Below, piece by piece: positions 50,995-63,345 of a DNA stretch of 64,000 nt (positions are counted from its first letter, which is position 1; every line of letters starts with the position of its first letter). The notes beneath the pieces are model-generated. The model was not told the origin of the DNA. It searched no databases and worked only from the letters and a program-made list of their open reading frames with translations. The position numbers were made by a program, and so were the translations under genes. The stretch comes from Camelus dromedarius (lineage: Eukaryota). Location: contig NC_087436.1 of the NCBI RefSeq assembly GCF_036321535.1, forward strand, positions 65,040,001-65,104,000. Reading direction: 5' to 3'.

Positions 50995-51457
50995 CATATC
51001 AATTATTTATTTCTGCATAGTAAATTCGCCCCAAAATTCTGGCTTAAAGCAATAAAATTTTATTAATTTTCATGGTTCTTCCATTTTGCTGGCTATTCTG
51101 ATGATCTAGACCAAGTTCAGCAGATCTTATCTGGACTCCTTTATGCATCTGCAGTCAGCTGGTGGGTCTATGGGCTCTGACTTGTCTAGGATGGCCTCAG
51201 CTAGAATGACTTCATTCTCCTCCACATTCTCCTCCAGCAGGCTGCGCTAGGTATGTCATCATAGGGGTAGCATAGTTCCATGAGAAAAAGCAGAAACATT
51301 CAAGACTTTTTCAAGTCTCCACACTCATCAAAATTGCACCTGTGCTTTGGCCAAAGCAAGTCGTATAATGAGCCAAGTGTCAGTGTGAGAATGCTCTGTA
51401 AAAAGAATGGAGACAGTGAGACATGGAAATTGACACCAATAATAAAGCCAGTCTACT
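50995..51457 (-). mobile_element. Old MLT1 LTR
   Basis: 'ccccaaaattctggcttaaagcaataa...gcatctgcagtcagctgg...ttggccaaagcaagtc'. Confidence 0.75.
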
Positions 51458-51469
51458 TCAGGTACCAAT

Positions 51470-51880
51470 GTGTTTGAGTTCAATTAGGAAAAAAAAAAAA
51501 AAAAACAATTACTATGAGTTATTTTGGAAGTTAGAAGTTTAATAGGAATCAAAGTTACACAAATGTGGAAGACACTGGGGAAGTGATGGTCTGGGAGGGG
51601 TCAGCAGGAGGATAAGAGAATAATCACTCATCATATCAGCCTGGATTACTTGTGTGGGTGGACAGGTGAACAGCTAGAGCCTGGAGGAATGTCTGAGAAA
51701 GTAGGATCATCAGGCTATGAAGGTGAGACCATGAAGAAGGTGATCATGGTCATGTTTGGGAACTTCCACCTCTGTGGAAGGTGCTGCCAAACACGTGATG
51801 GTGGGTTTGAGGCTCATTTTGTTTGGTAAGGTCAGCAGCTGGGGAGACTCATTGGACACAGAGTAAGAGAGGACTTAGGA
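51470..51880 (-). mobile_element. Old ERVL-type LTR fragment
   Basis: 'tgtgtttgagttcaattaggaaa...gtttaataggaat' start typical of ERVL LTR ends. Confidence 0.4.
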
Positions 51881-54800
51881 TAACCTTGGGCCCACCATTT
51901 CCCTCATTTCAGTATTCAAAAGAATATAAAACAGTCTACCATTTATTTCTTTTCAACATTGTGTGTTTCAACACAGTGAGCACATTAGTAATGGAGGTTC
52001 CTTTCCAGATTTACCAAGTTAACCCACTTCTTATTTGTTCACTAAACATGCCATTCTCCCCTCTAGTCTCCTCAATACTCTCCTCTCCATCTTTCCCTTG
52101 CCTCTTTCTCTCAAAATTTTTACTCTAATTTCTTAGATTCTGTGCCCTGCACTTTTTGGACAGCTCCCTTTCCTCAAATTGTGTCATTATTTTTGTTTCC
52201 AAAAAATCCTTACCTGAGCTATGGCCAATTCTATTAGACCACTTTTCTCTGTAAATTAGATACAAATCAGTTAATGAATGGAGGCTGCCATCATTGAGTG
52301 GCTTTATGATCAATTGAGTGCCTTTATGGAGATTCCATATCCTATAACATAAGACTGATACTAATTGGGGCATATAGACCCTATTGAACATCAGAGAAAA
52401 ATTTTGGTGCAAGAAGAACACTTGCATTTGTTGAGTAGCACGATACATATAACCACTGGCCTCATAAATGGATAAGTCTTCTAAGAAAACTACCTGTTGT
52501 ATTTTTAAAAATTAATAGGCTGCTATGACAGGGAGTGACATCCTAAGGAATAACTCTTAGAAGCCAGTGATGCATGCTTGTACTTCATGTACGGCTTCAA
52601 AGACTGGTGAAGTCACGGATGTGGCTGGTGTTACACGGTCTTGTGGCAGCAAAGGAGTGGAATATAAAAGAATTCTCCTTTTGATATCTCCCTTTGATTT
52701 TTCAAAAGTCTGTTTTCTATGATGCAAGACACAGAATGAGGCATTTGTGACACACATATTTCACACTGGGAATGTATAATGTGAATTGACATAACACACT
52801 TCTCTGCTACAAAGCTTAATGCATTTATTAATGATGGATATATATGTTGTTGTGTTTCAAAAAAGCACTCACATTTGTGCTTTATTTTTTTACTCACTCA
52901 GGTATTATATGAATTTATGTAACAGTATTAAGTGATTAAGCTACAAAATTTACTTTATAATAATAAATTTTATTAGGAGTATGCATTTGAAAGTATAAAT
53001 AGTAAAAGGCCCAGAGGTATCAGTCATATTCCAAATAGTGGAGCAGAGCCAAAACAAATACAAATTTCCCCATGACAAGTTATTTTATCCCTGTGTTTTA
53101 AAACTAAATCACTTTGGTGAACTTGAAAAAATACAACATTTGGACTCAAATTCATTAGATTTCATTACTTTTCTCACTTCACACTTTTACATTTGTGTTT
53201 TCTGAATGGACATAGATCCTTTAAAAACCTCCAAAGAATATGTTGCTCGTTTGGGTAATATATTTTTAAATAATACCACTTTAGGAGCAGCAGAAAATTT
53301 TGTAAAAAGTTAGAAACCCAATCATTCTTCAGTCTTTATTTCAAACAATAAGAAAAATTTGGAGTAAATTTTGTATTGTTTGTTTTCAATGAACTTTATT
53401 CGTGCAAAAAACTACTGTAAAAATATAGAAAGATCTTAGCATATTAGGACATTGCTTTGGTTAGGGTTTGCAGTGTTGGAGGTTGGCAGAAGAGGTGATT
53501 GTTGAGTAACTTTTATGTAGAAAAGCAACTGAGAGGCATTATCTGAAACATATTTTTTAGAAATTTAACTATATGATAACAAGTCATGTTGAGTCAGTCA
53601 CTGTGCTTTTATGAAGGCATGGCTACTTTTTAAATTAGACTGAAAAAGTAAATGTGATAAACCTATTGTATTTATTACATATACTTTTTGCAATATTAGC
53701 CAACAATTATTGTGTTAATAGCCTTACAAATACAAATATTCATTTCTTTTCTCCGAGTATTTTAGGAATACTAAAAGGAAACAAAACAGGTGTTCTTTCT
53801 TGTCAGTGATAACGTATTTCCCTGTACATACACATACACACTTGATTTGGAAGATTCCATAAAACTTTAGCGTGATTTTGACTATTAATGATACCAGTAA
53901 TGTCTGGCAAGTGAAGCAAATTGTCATCAACTTTAACTGCATCAAAATATTGACCATAGTTCAGGCAAAGCAATTTATCATTATCTTGGTAAGTATTTTT
54001 CCGTAACCAGTTTATTCAAAACTACCATGTCATCCCATTCCTTCTTATCCTGTACCTTACTTTTCTCTCTTTTCCTTTTCAACAAGAGAAAGCCACTATT
54101 CTGCTCGTTTTGTGATTTGTTCTGTTATAATGGTCTGTCAGCATATCTGGTCCATCAGCACAATTGAGATTTTATATGAAGTTGCATTGCCTTTGTAACA
54201 AAGATTTTTCCTGATAGCCCTAGATAAACATCTTTCAGACTGGCTTTTAAACATAAAAGAAAATGAGTATTTTGTTTTTCTTATTGGAAAGGCTCTTTAA
54301 ATATATAATACATCTTTTAGTTGTTGTATATACCATTTTCAATCTGTATTTTTATATCAGATAATTCACAGATAGTCACTTTGTGTTTTTGCTTTGTTAG
54401 TTTACATAAAGTAAACACATATAGGGTTAGCTGAGTGTATTTATTTTCTTGATATTTCCAGTGTAGCTCACAAAACAAATTACTATTAATGAAGTTGCAA
54501 CATTGTCAGGCTGGAGTTGTGTACCAGAACTAGTGGTAAAATCTCAGAGAATTTCTTTGTCATGTTGCTTGTGCAGAAAATGCTTAATTTTTTTTTTTTT
54601 AACTCCAGGCTTTCCTAAACCTCAATAAAAATTTCATAATGGTTCCTTTCCCCAAAGGAAAATACTTTATGGAATACAAAAGGGATTTATTTCATATAAA
54701 TGAGTACTAGCTTGTTTACTCACTTAAAGAAAAAAAAGGAAAAGGTGAAATGTGAAGAGGTAAAAGGCAAACATAAACTTAGAGGGAAAAAACTGAGAAA

Positions 54801-54981
54801 AACAAATGCAACACAGGAAAAATCACTGGACAGCAATGTAAGGGTGGAAATGACCCAACAATAACTCACTTCATGCATTTCAAAGTCTGCTGTATTCAAA
54901 CTGTGCACATTTATACTATAAATCTGTAAATGCTATAGATCCTGTGTCTGATTTACAGACTGTACTTTCAATATCAAAGGC

Positions 54982-55112
54982 TCAGTGAGTGGGGATGTAG
55001 CTCAGTGGTAGAGTGTATGCTTGGCATGCCCAGGTCCTGGGTTCAATCCCCGGTACCCCCATTTAAAAAAAAAAAAAAAAAAGGGAAGAAAGAAAAAGAA
55101 AAAAAAGAAGAA
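54982..55112 (+). mobile_element. tRNA-Ala-derived SINE or tRNA retrocopy with 9-nt leader, poly-A tail and 12-bp TSD
   Basis: 'ggggatgtagctcagtggtagag...gggttcaatccccggtaccccca' plus A-tail; TSD aatatcaaaggc (54970-54981) / aatgtcaaaggc (55113-55124). Confidence 0.9.
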
Positions 55113-55918
55113 AATGTCAAAGGCAAAAATTGTCACATCCCCGTCTGGTAGGAGCCAGTGTATTTGACTCTGTAAAATAATGACTGTATAGGTGTCTGGT
55201 TACTAATTTGAGCCTATCTGCCTTATTTATTTGGTGATTTAAAAAAAAAAAGCTTTGATTATAATTAAAGATCTCCAATGAGGTGATTTTGCTGCTTTTC
55301 AACTGCTTGATCTCTTTAAGCATAAAAACTACCCTGTGATAAGCATTCTGAGGTATTGTCAGCCAGAGGGTTTAGCCCCAGGCAAGGTTTCTCAAGACAT
55401 TTACTGCCAAAAAAGTAGTTTGAAGCTCCTGTGTATCTATAAATTTGGCAGCAGAGCATTAATATTTGATGATCTGTGTTAGCTTTCATTCCTGAATTAA
55501 GGTATACTTACGTATGCTTTATTAAATTTCAGAGGTAATTTGCAAAGTGTAATCATTGACTTTTTACCTAAAATTAAAACAAACAATAAAACTAGAATCC
55601 TGATTTGCAAAGGATTGATACCATGATATTTTAATTGGGATGTTATGAAAGTGAATACTTAAATGTAATTATTATATTTTGACTTTTGGTACCCTTTATC
55701 TCTGGGGCTCTATGCCAACGAAACTCCTTTGGGTGATAGTATGAAATAGGGAAATCAATCCAAGAAACAAGCTGCTACAATGCCTACAACAACCAGCCAA
55801 AATACACAGAAAGGTGACTTCTGTTCTTCAGTCCAAAATCTCACTCCATAGGTAATGCCAATATTTTGAACAGGTCATGCAAAGTGGATGTGCAACTATT
55901 TGATTTATTCAAATTGTC

Positions 55919-56585
55919 TGCAACTAAAACAGAAGGAGATACCACAGGTGTGGTCCAGAAACTCAAGGAAACACCGGCCAAATTTAATCCCTTTATTCTA
56001 AACACAAATTCTCTCCTTACTAATATTATCAGGGAGGAATACATTTCCTTCTAGATTCTTCTGGATGGTGTAAGAATTAAACTGACATGAGACAGATTGA
56101 CAGGAGAAAATCAAACTTAAGTTTAATAACATGTATACACAGGAGAGATCCAGGAAAACTGAGCAACTCCCCCAAATGGCTGAAATCCTCATCTTAAATA
56201 CCATCTTCAGCTAACAACAAAAGAGGATGTTGGGGGTAGTGGTTTGGGACTTCAAGGAAAAAAAGAAAATTTACATGGAGATGGAAACGCAAATGATGTT
56301 AGTAAACACATGTCCCCTGAGCCATGTGGAAACAATGGGACACTAAGTGCACTGTGACGGCTAGGTCCTGGTAAATTTCCCCCACCACACTTAGCCCATA
56401 CTTTTTGCAGATATGTCTGGTGATAACTCGAGACACAGGCTCTTTGTCTAAATTCTTTTAGGCAGTTAAGGGAAGAGGTAACAAGAAAAACTTTCTGAGG
56501 CTTCTGTGTCTTAAACATAATGAGCCTAAATTAATTCTCAGGCCAAAGGAACACATTTTAGGGTGGCAAATTTTGCCCCCTACCA
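55919..56585 (-). mobile_element. ERV1-type solo LTR
   Basis: Minus strand 'tggtagggggcaaaatttgccaccc...ttttagttgca'; 4-bp TSD tgtc/tatc. Confidence 0.85.
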
Positions 56586-58539
56586 TATCAATCAATGTCT
56601 GAAAATGAGCCATACATGACATGTCTGCAGGGAAAGGTTTAAAGGTGCCTAGAAGATGCTGCTCACCTCTTCCCACAAAGAAACTGTGCAAAGCCTGGGG
56701 AGCCAGTGAACTTGTGCCAATTGCTCACCTTGTCTATTTATCCCAGTGAGCATGCAAAAATTATTTTCTGTGTATGCCATGACATTAAAAAAAAACAATA
56801 AAAAAGACTTAAAACCATTTGTGCCTAGACAGACTCTCTTCTAGGGTGGAACTAGTAGGCACATCTTTCACATGAATAATAATTACTTAATTTGCAGGTA
56901 ATATATTTCAGTATAATACAATTCCCATAAAGTGATGGGGGTGTGGGGGAGACGGTTGTTGTCAGTTCACCAAGGAGCCACGATAGTGCTGTTTAGCATT
57001 ATGGAAACCTTAATCCTGTTTAGCTGTGGTCTTGGTTCACCTTCTTTCTTGATTCTAAAGAATTTAAAATGGAACACTGTTCTGTTTCTTTCCCTGTTTT
57101 CCTTGTTTCTACACAACGGTCACATTGATGCAAACATTTTTAGACTTCCTAACCTAACACACTTTCATTGAGTCACTAAACTTGATGTCTCTCTCTTCTC
57201 TAATACAGTAAGTTATCTTCTCACCAGTACTGTTCACTCAGTAGTATACTATTTGTTTTCATCCATAGATCAATAGGAATGGCTTTTTTCTCCTTATCTC
57301 TGGTTAATGCAGGAGACTTTTAAATAACAGAATGACATATTGGATTTTCTATCCTGATATTTAGGGGAAAATAGTTGCTGTCATTTGTTGGGTACTTGTA
57401 ATATTGCAGATATTTTTGAAATCATCTGTGTTAGCTGTGAAAAATGGCTCCTTTTTGCTGTTTCTAAAAACCTCGTATCAGCAACAGTAAAGTCCAGCTA
57501 ATAGTCAAAAGTACAAGACTGGCTTTTTTTCAGTTTGAACTTTCTCTACCCAAATAGTTCTTATTGCATGGAGCCATAAGTATAATTTTCATAAAAATGA
57601 AACTGGCTCTGCATTGATTGATTCCTTATAGGCATGTCCCCTGCCTGTTTTATGTAATCTTCCATCCTAAGAGCCTTGACATTTTTCATAGCCAACCATA
57701 AACACTTAGAATATCCCTTTTCCTCTTTTAAACGTGAGAACCACCCAGCAAAGTTTCTATCCGAATTATTATTCAGACATCATTCTTGGCAGAAAAATTG
57801 GAACTTTGTTTCATACTAGTGGAATAGTTCCAAACATTGGCTGAACATAACAAAGACAGTATAAGACCTGTTCAGTGTAGTTAAGAAACACTTTAGGGAT
57901 TCTGAAACATCCCCAGAAGTTCCAGATCTTCAGGGTGGCCACATTCAGGTGAGGGTAGGAAGAAAATTAATGATATGTGCTGTATACATACTAGCAGAGG
58001 TGCTAATGGTCCCCAGTTAAACTGAACCATTGAGGTCAAAAAACAGAGCATACCTACAAAGTGTGATATTCTCAATATAAATACTGCTGTAACATACATT
58101 TTTCAAAGCAATGTGATTCTATATTGCTATAAGAAGTATTATATTTTACCCAAGGGAATTACCATAAAGAAGCAGGATTGAAGAAAAATATATATTGCTA
58201 GATACTCTCCATGTGTAATGTAAATGTTTTGAATTTTTTAGTGTCTATATCACTCCAACTATTCCACCTAGGAAAATTAGTCTTTGATCAACACCTTCAG
58301 ATTATTAGAGAAAAGTAAAATTAGGCCACAGGTGAAAATATTCACACGAGGGATGAATATACTGCACATAAACTATGGATCTTGAGTAGACCATATGGAG
58401 TTAGAAGTAAATTGTACATAGCCATGATACATTTGAGTCTTGAGAATTTGCAGTAGAAATAGAAATTTCTACCATGGAGAATGTAATTACACTGTATCAC
58501 TTATTATTATTAATTTATAGTTTGTGTTTTTATGCTTCT

Positions 58540-58950
58540 GCCTTTAATAAGCATTAACTATGAACCTACCCTGTGCTACAGACTAAGGTAGAGACCAAGA
58601 TGATTGTGACCAAGTTCTGCCCTTCAAGGAAGCTAACTCTAGTGGGGAGGAGAGTAGCATAAGTTAAACAAATAAACAAACAAACAAAAAAACCAGAAAA
58701 CAAATATATGGTATCTTTGTTGAGGTCAAATGGTATTTACAGACTGTCAGAGTTTTATGAATTCAGCTATGTCAGCAAAAGCAGTTATAGTTGGAGAAGT
58801 CTTCTGGGAAATGACAAGACTTGATTGGATCCTTAAAGAATGGAGAAAATACTTCAAAACATAGGAGATGGAGAGAGCATTGCAGGAGGTGGGCAACCTT
58901 CCAGGAACAACAAAGAGCTGGGGATTTGTGGTGAATAACTGAGTTTGGCT
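58540..58950 (-). mobile_element. L2 3' fragment
   Basis: 'ctgcccttcaaggaagctaactctagtgggg', 'gaagtcttctgggaaatgac'. Confidence 0.6.
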
Positions 58951-58954
58951 TAAG

Positions 58955-59560
58955 CAACCGGTTTCCAATGGCAAACAGCTGGTGAGACGATGGGGTGGGC
59001 GGGCCGGAGCCAGATGGGAAAATGTGGCCCTCCCCCTAGGTGGCTGTTTGAGGAACCCGTTCAGGGCTGCCTCTCCCCTCTGCACTGTAGGTCTGAGGAA
59101 GAAGGTGGCACTAGGTAGGGCTGGGTGAAAATTTATTATTGTTAATGTTGTTTCATTTTTTAATTCATTTTGGTGGGACTTAAGGCCTTCGGAGGAGGTT
59201 TATTTGTACTTTTTCTTTTTGTAAAACTTTGTGAGTTGGATTTTTGCCTAAGGCCTTATTTCCATGAAAATCATCCTGAGCTCCCTGAAATTGAGTATCA
59301 CTTCCTCTTATATAGACCAGAAAAAAACTGAAGCCCTATCATATTTTTATTGTCCTTCCACGTGTAGGAAAGCAGTTCTTAAGCCTTCTTCAAAAGAGGA
59401 AATAGCTGTCTCAGTTCCTAAGGACCTAAAGGGTTTCCATGACAACCAACTTTTCACCCTCTAAGAACCCTGTCACTTGCCGGAGGTCTCAGAGGCACCA
59501 CCCTGTGTTGGCATGTATCTTCTAACGACAGCAAATTACTTTGGTCTGCGGCCAATAGGA
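58955..59560. promoter_or_regulatory. Candidate promoter/enhancer (GC box, CTCF-like, RFX X-box, CCAAT)
   Basis: gggcggg 58997-59003; cccctaggtggc 59033-59044; gtttccatgacaac 59433-59446; ggccaatagg 59550-59559; local CpG retention. Confidence 0.35.
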
Positions 59561-59699
59561 TTAAATTGCTACAAAGTTGATTGATGAATTTCTGAGATTG
59601 ACTAGGATCTCCAATTGACTAGGATCTCCAACTTCAGAACCATTGATTATTTGCCAAACATCATGTTGACCCTCTGGCTAGACAGATACAGTCTAGCAA

Positions 59700-59987
59700 C
59701 ACCATCACAGAGTTTTCAGGTTTGACCTGGAGGCAGTGTGAAATCAGATGATACGATACTCTGTTACCAGGCTCTAGCAGTATGTTAGATCAAGGGTGAA
59801 CATGAAGATGCCTTGGTTTAAGGGATCAAGCAAGTTGAATTTATCAAGTCCTAGGAGTGGAGGTGACACAGAAAACTGAGAGAAAAGTTGGAATAGCAGA
59901 AGAGTGAGAAGAGGGGAGTGTCATGGGACTCTTAGCAGAGAAGGGATTTCAAGAAGGAAATGATCAACACCACAAGCAGAAGATAAG

Positions 59988-60028
<41 letters not shown>

Positions 60029-61830
60029 TATTTCTGTTGCATTCAGCAATAAGGGTCTCATTGGTGACCTTTTTCCAAAGCAATTTTAGTAGTGTTCGGA
60101 GAACAAAAACAGTTAACAACTGATCAAGAAACAAATGTGATATAAGGAAAGACCCAGGAATCTTTCAAGGACCATGATAGTGAAAAGAAAAAGAAAGGTA
60201 TTGGAAAGCTGTGAAGTAAATAGGGTCAACAGAATTTTGTTTTGCTTTGTTTTTTAGGATGGAATAATCTTGTGCATATTTAAAAGCTGAAAATGAGAGA
60301 GAAAGTGAGAGAGACTGAATACACAGAGTGAAAAAGGGCTAATTGACAGAGAAATATATTTAAGGAAATAGGAAAAAAAAAGATGGAGGAGTTGTCATTG
60401 AGCAGAAGTAGGGAATCTGAAAAGGTATCTTATCTTCTTCCAAGAATGGAAGTAAGGCGATAAATGTAGGTTTAGGAAAAAAGAAAGGCAAATAAAGGGA
60501 AAGCAGAGAAGTATTTTTGTAGCTGAAAGAGAATTGGAGATCAACATTTTAAAAAAATTAATTTTGATTTGAAAAATGATACCATATGTTTAAGTCTGAT
60601 GATTGGTTCCAGGTTATAATGTGTTTGATGTGTCAGTAGGATCATGCTTGTAGATAGTGTTTGCTGTAGATTATGTTTGATGACGTCGTTTTTTCCTAAT
60701 GACGTAGATAAAATATTCTGCTAGGAGTGAGAAAAAAATGGATTTTTTTGCGTGGTTAAGTTCAGCCTCAGAATCCTACTGCACCCATTGCTGCCAGCAT
60801 GAACCAGGGCAAGATAATAAGACATTTAAATGAAACAAAACAAAATTCCTTACACTACTATATCTCAGAGTCCAGAGAGATGGCAGGGGGCTCAATCACA
60901 TAGGGCCTTATAGTCCCCTGTAAGGACTTTGGGTCTTAGTTGATTAAGATGGAAATTTGTTGAAAGATCTATAGGAATTGCACAATATAATATGTTTAAA
61001 AATTGTCACTCTGTATGCAGTAGAAAATAGACTATATAGGGTTAAGGATGGAAGGCAGCAAAAATAGAATTCTGTTGTGGTAATTCAGTGAAAGATGAAG
61101 TTAGACTGGACTAGGGTTGTCAAAATGCAAGAGATATAAGAAGTGATTATATTAGATGCAAACTTCTAAAATTAAGAAAGATGATATATTGATGCAAATG
61201 AGATGTCAAAAAGTAGAGGCACCAAGGGTGACTCGAGATTTTTAAAATTTCAGTTACTGGGGTAGAAAACTGGGAGTTTTGTTTGGGGCAGAGTAAACCT
61301 AAGATCATCTAAATGGAGATATCAAGTAGCAAGTGTAAGATCTGAGATTGTGAGGGGAATCTAGCTTGAAATCTAAGTGTCATTCTAGTCAGCATGTTGA
61401 TGTCATTTAAAATTATGCAATTGGATGAGACAGCCATGGAAATGAGTGTAGATGAAGGAGTGATGGAGTTGGACATGGTGCTTCATGATGTGCCAATATT
61501 TTGGCAGCTGGAAAAATTAAGGGAAACCAACAAAGGTGACAAGAGGGAAAGTTAACTATGAGGAAACAAGAATAACCAACATAGCCATGTATCATAGAAG
61601 TCAAGGGAAGAAAAAATTACACATATGAGTTAGTGAAAAAAATGAAGCAATTATTAATTAATAGAGTAGGAAGATAATTGAGAATTTTCAATTGGTTTTA
61701 CCAATCTGGAGATCATTGGTAACATTGAAGATAACAGTTAATGTTATTGTGGATAAAATTGTGATTGAACTTGATTCAAGAGAGGAGAGGAGACAAATTG
61801 GAAATGATGGGTACAGAGTCTGCTTTTAAA
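59700..61830 (-). mobile_element. L2 LINE fragments (degraded)
   Basis: 'ggtctcattggtgaccttt', 'tagggccttatagtcccctgtaaggactttggg', 'ggagatcattggtaacattga'. Confidence 0.6.
59989..60026. repeat. (CA)n microsatellite
   Basis: Direct reading. Confidence 0.95.
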
Positions 61831-61959
61831 GAGTTGTTGTTCTCAGCTTTTGTGACCTTTCTCAAAACTGAGACAGAAAGTGCCCATTTTCAGCATCTTA
61901 TTATACATAGATGAAATGCAGACACATTGCAATGCATATAGTATGAGATAATTGGACTC

Positions 61960-62070
61960 ATATTAAGAGAAATGACTATGCTCTTGGATCTGTCTCTTAT
62001 TAACTGAGGGACCTTGTAGAAGTTACTTGGCCTTTTTAAGCCTCAGCTTCCTTATCTATCAGAAGGATGT
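61960..62070 (+). mobile_element. MIR core fragment
   Basis: 'gaccttgtagaagttacttggcctttttaagcctcagcttccttatctat'. Confidence 0.6.
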
Positions 62071-62989
62071 CTATAAAGAGTTTTATTTTAAAGGGACAGC
62101 AAAAAATTGTATTGTAACAATTTACAATACAAGGTGGTGTGAGGTCACAATTTTTAAAGTAATTATTTTTTGATATGAGAAATAATACCATATGTTTTTG
62201 GCTGGTGGTTGTGTTTCAGGTCAGAAGAAAGAATTAATGATCCGAGAAAGAAAGGAAAAGCAGTGTATCAGTGGTGGGGTCCAGGGCAAAAGTGCAGAGT
62301 TTGGCTTCGGTTGGGATTTTGAACAGTTGATCTCTGGCAACTGGAGGGAACTCATTGGATACAAGTAGGGAGCCAGATCAGCTGGGAGATGTGGTAGTTA
62401 GTTGGGGAATTTGTGTACTGTCTCTTCCGACTGACTTTTTTTCCCCCCAGAAGAATATGAAGAAAGGTCATCACCAGAAAGTGAGAATTGTGGGGGAGTT
62501 ACTGGATGCATGGGGAGAGCAAGATCCACTATTTTATGTAACAGAACAAGTTTTTTCAGTTGCATTGAGATCTCTGGTCCACTGGTCCTGTCACTTTTTT
62601 CATCATCCATCAGCCTACCCCTGGCTTCACTTTGTCTTTACCCTTTATTTCTTGGAATAGCATGATAGTCTAATCACCTCCTGGAAAGTACTCTCAACTC
62701 CCTGTGCTCCTTAGGTTACATGTGCCTGGTAGGAGACACACATTGGTTCAGTGCAAGAATCTCCGTTATTTATGATTGTATTCATGCTGCTGAATGCTAT
62801 AAGAGGACACTATTGGGCAAGACTGCATGATTTTTTTTTTTTTTTGGAATACTATTATACAGTTTATTAGTTCCGTAATTTTGTTTTTTTTTCCAATTTT
62901 TTTACTGAAGTAGAGTAATTTTAATTACATAAACATAAACTCAGTTGGTTACTTAATACACCCAACTGTTTTTACCTAGAAAATTTACT

Positions 62990-63345
62990 TGTTCATCTCC
63001 TGACCACGATTTTTTTCCCTTTCTTGACTTACTTATGTTTCTCTCTCTTCTTTTCCTTTCACAGTAATGACTTTACCTCACACTTCACTTAGAAAATTGA
63101 AGCCATCGAATGAGACTCATTCATCTTTCCATCACCAAATTTATAAATCAACCTGCAGCTGCAACCATATTTTCTTCATTTTCACTAAAATTGTGATTGT
63201 GAGAAAGTACATCACTTTCTCAAAGGCCAAATCTTCCACATGTGTAACTGATCCTTTTCTTTCTTGTCTTTGTAAAGGCATATCTCTTCTATTTTCCATC
63301 TGTCTACTATATCATAACTCTCTCTGTTCCTTACCATTAGCACAC
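62990..63345 (+). mobile_element. L2 fragment
   Basis: 'ctcacacttcacttagaaaattgaagccatc', 'aaggccaaatcttccacatgtg'. Confidence 0.55.

Noticed and set aside
54991..55061. Functional tRNA gene
   Set aside because: Altered anticodon arm, poly-A tail and TSD indicate a retroposed copy
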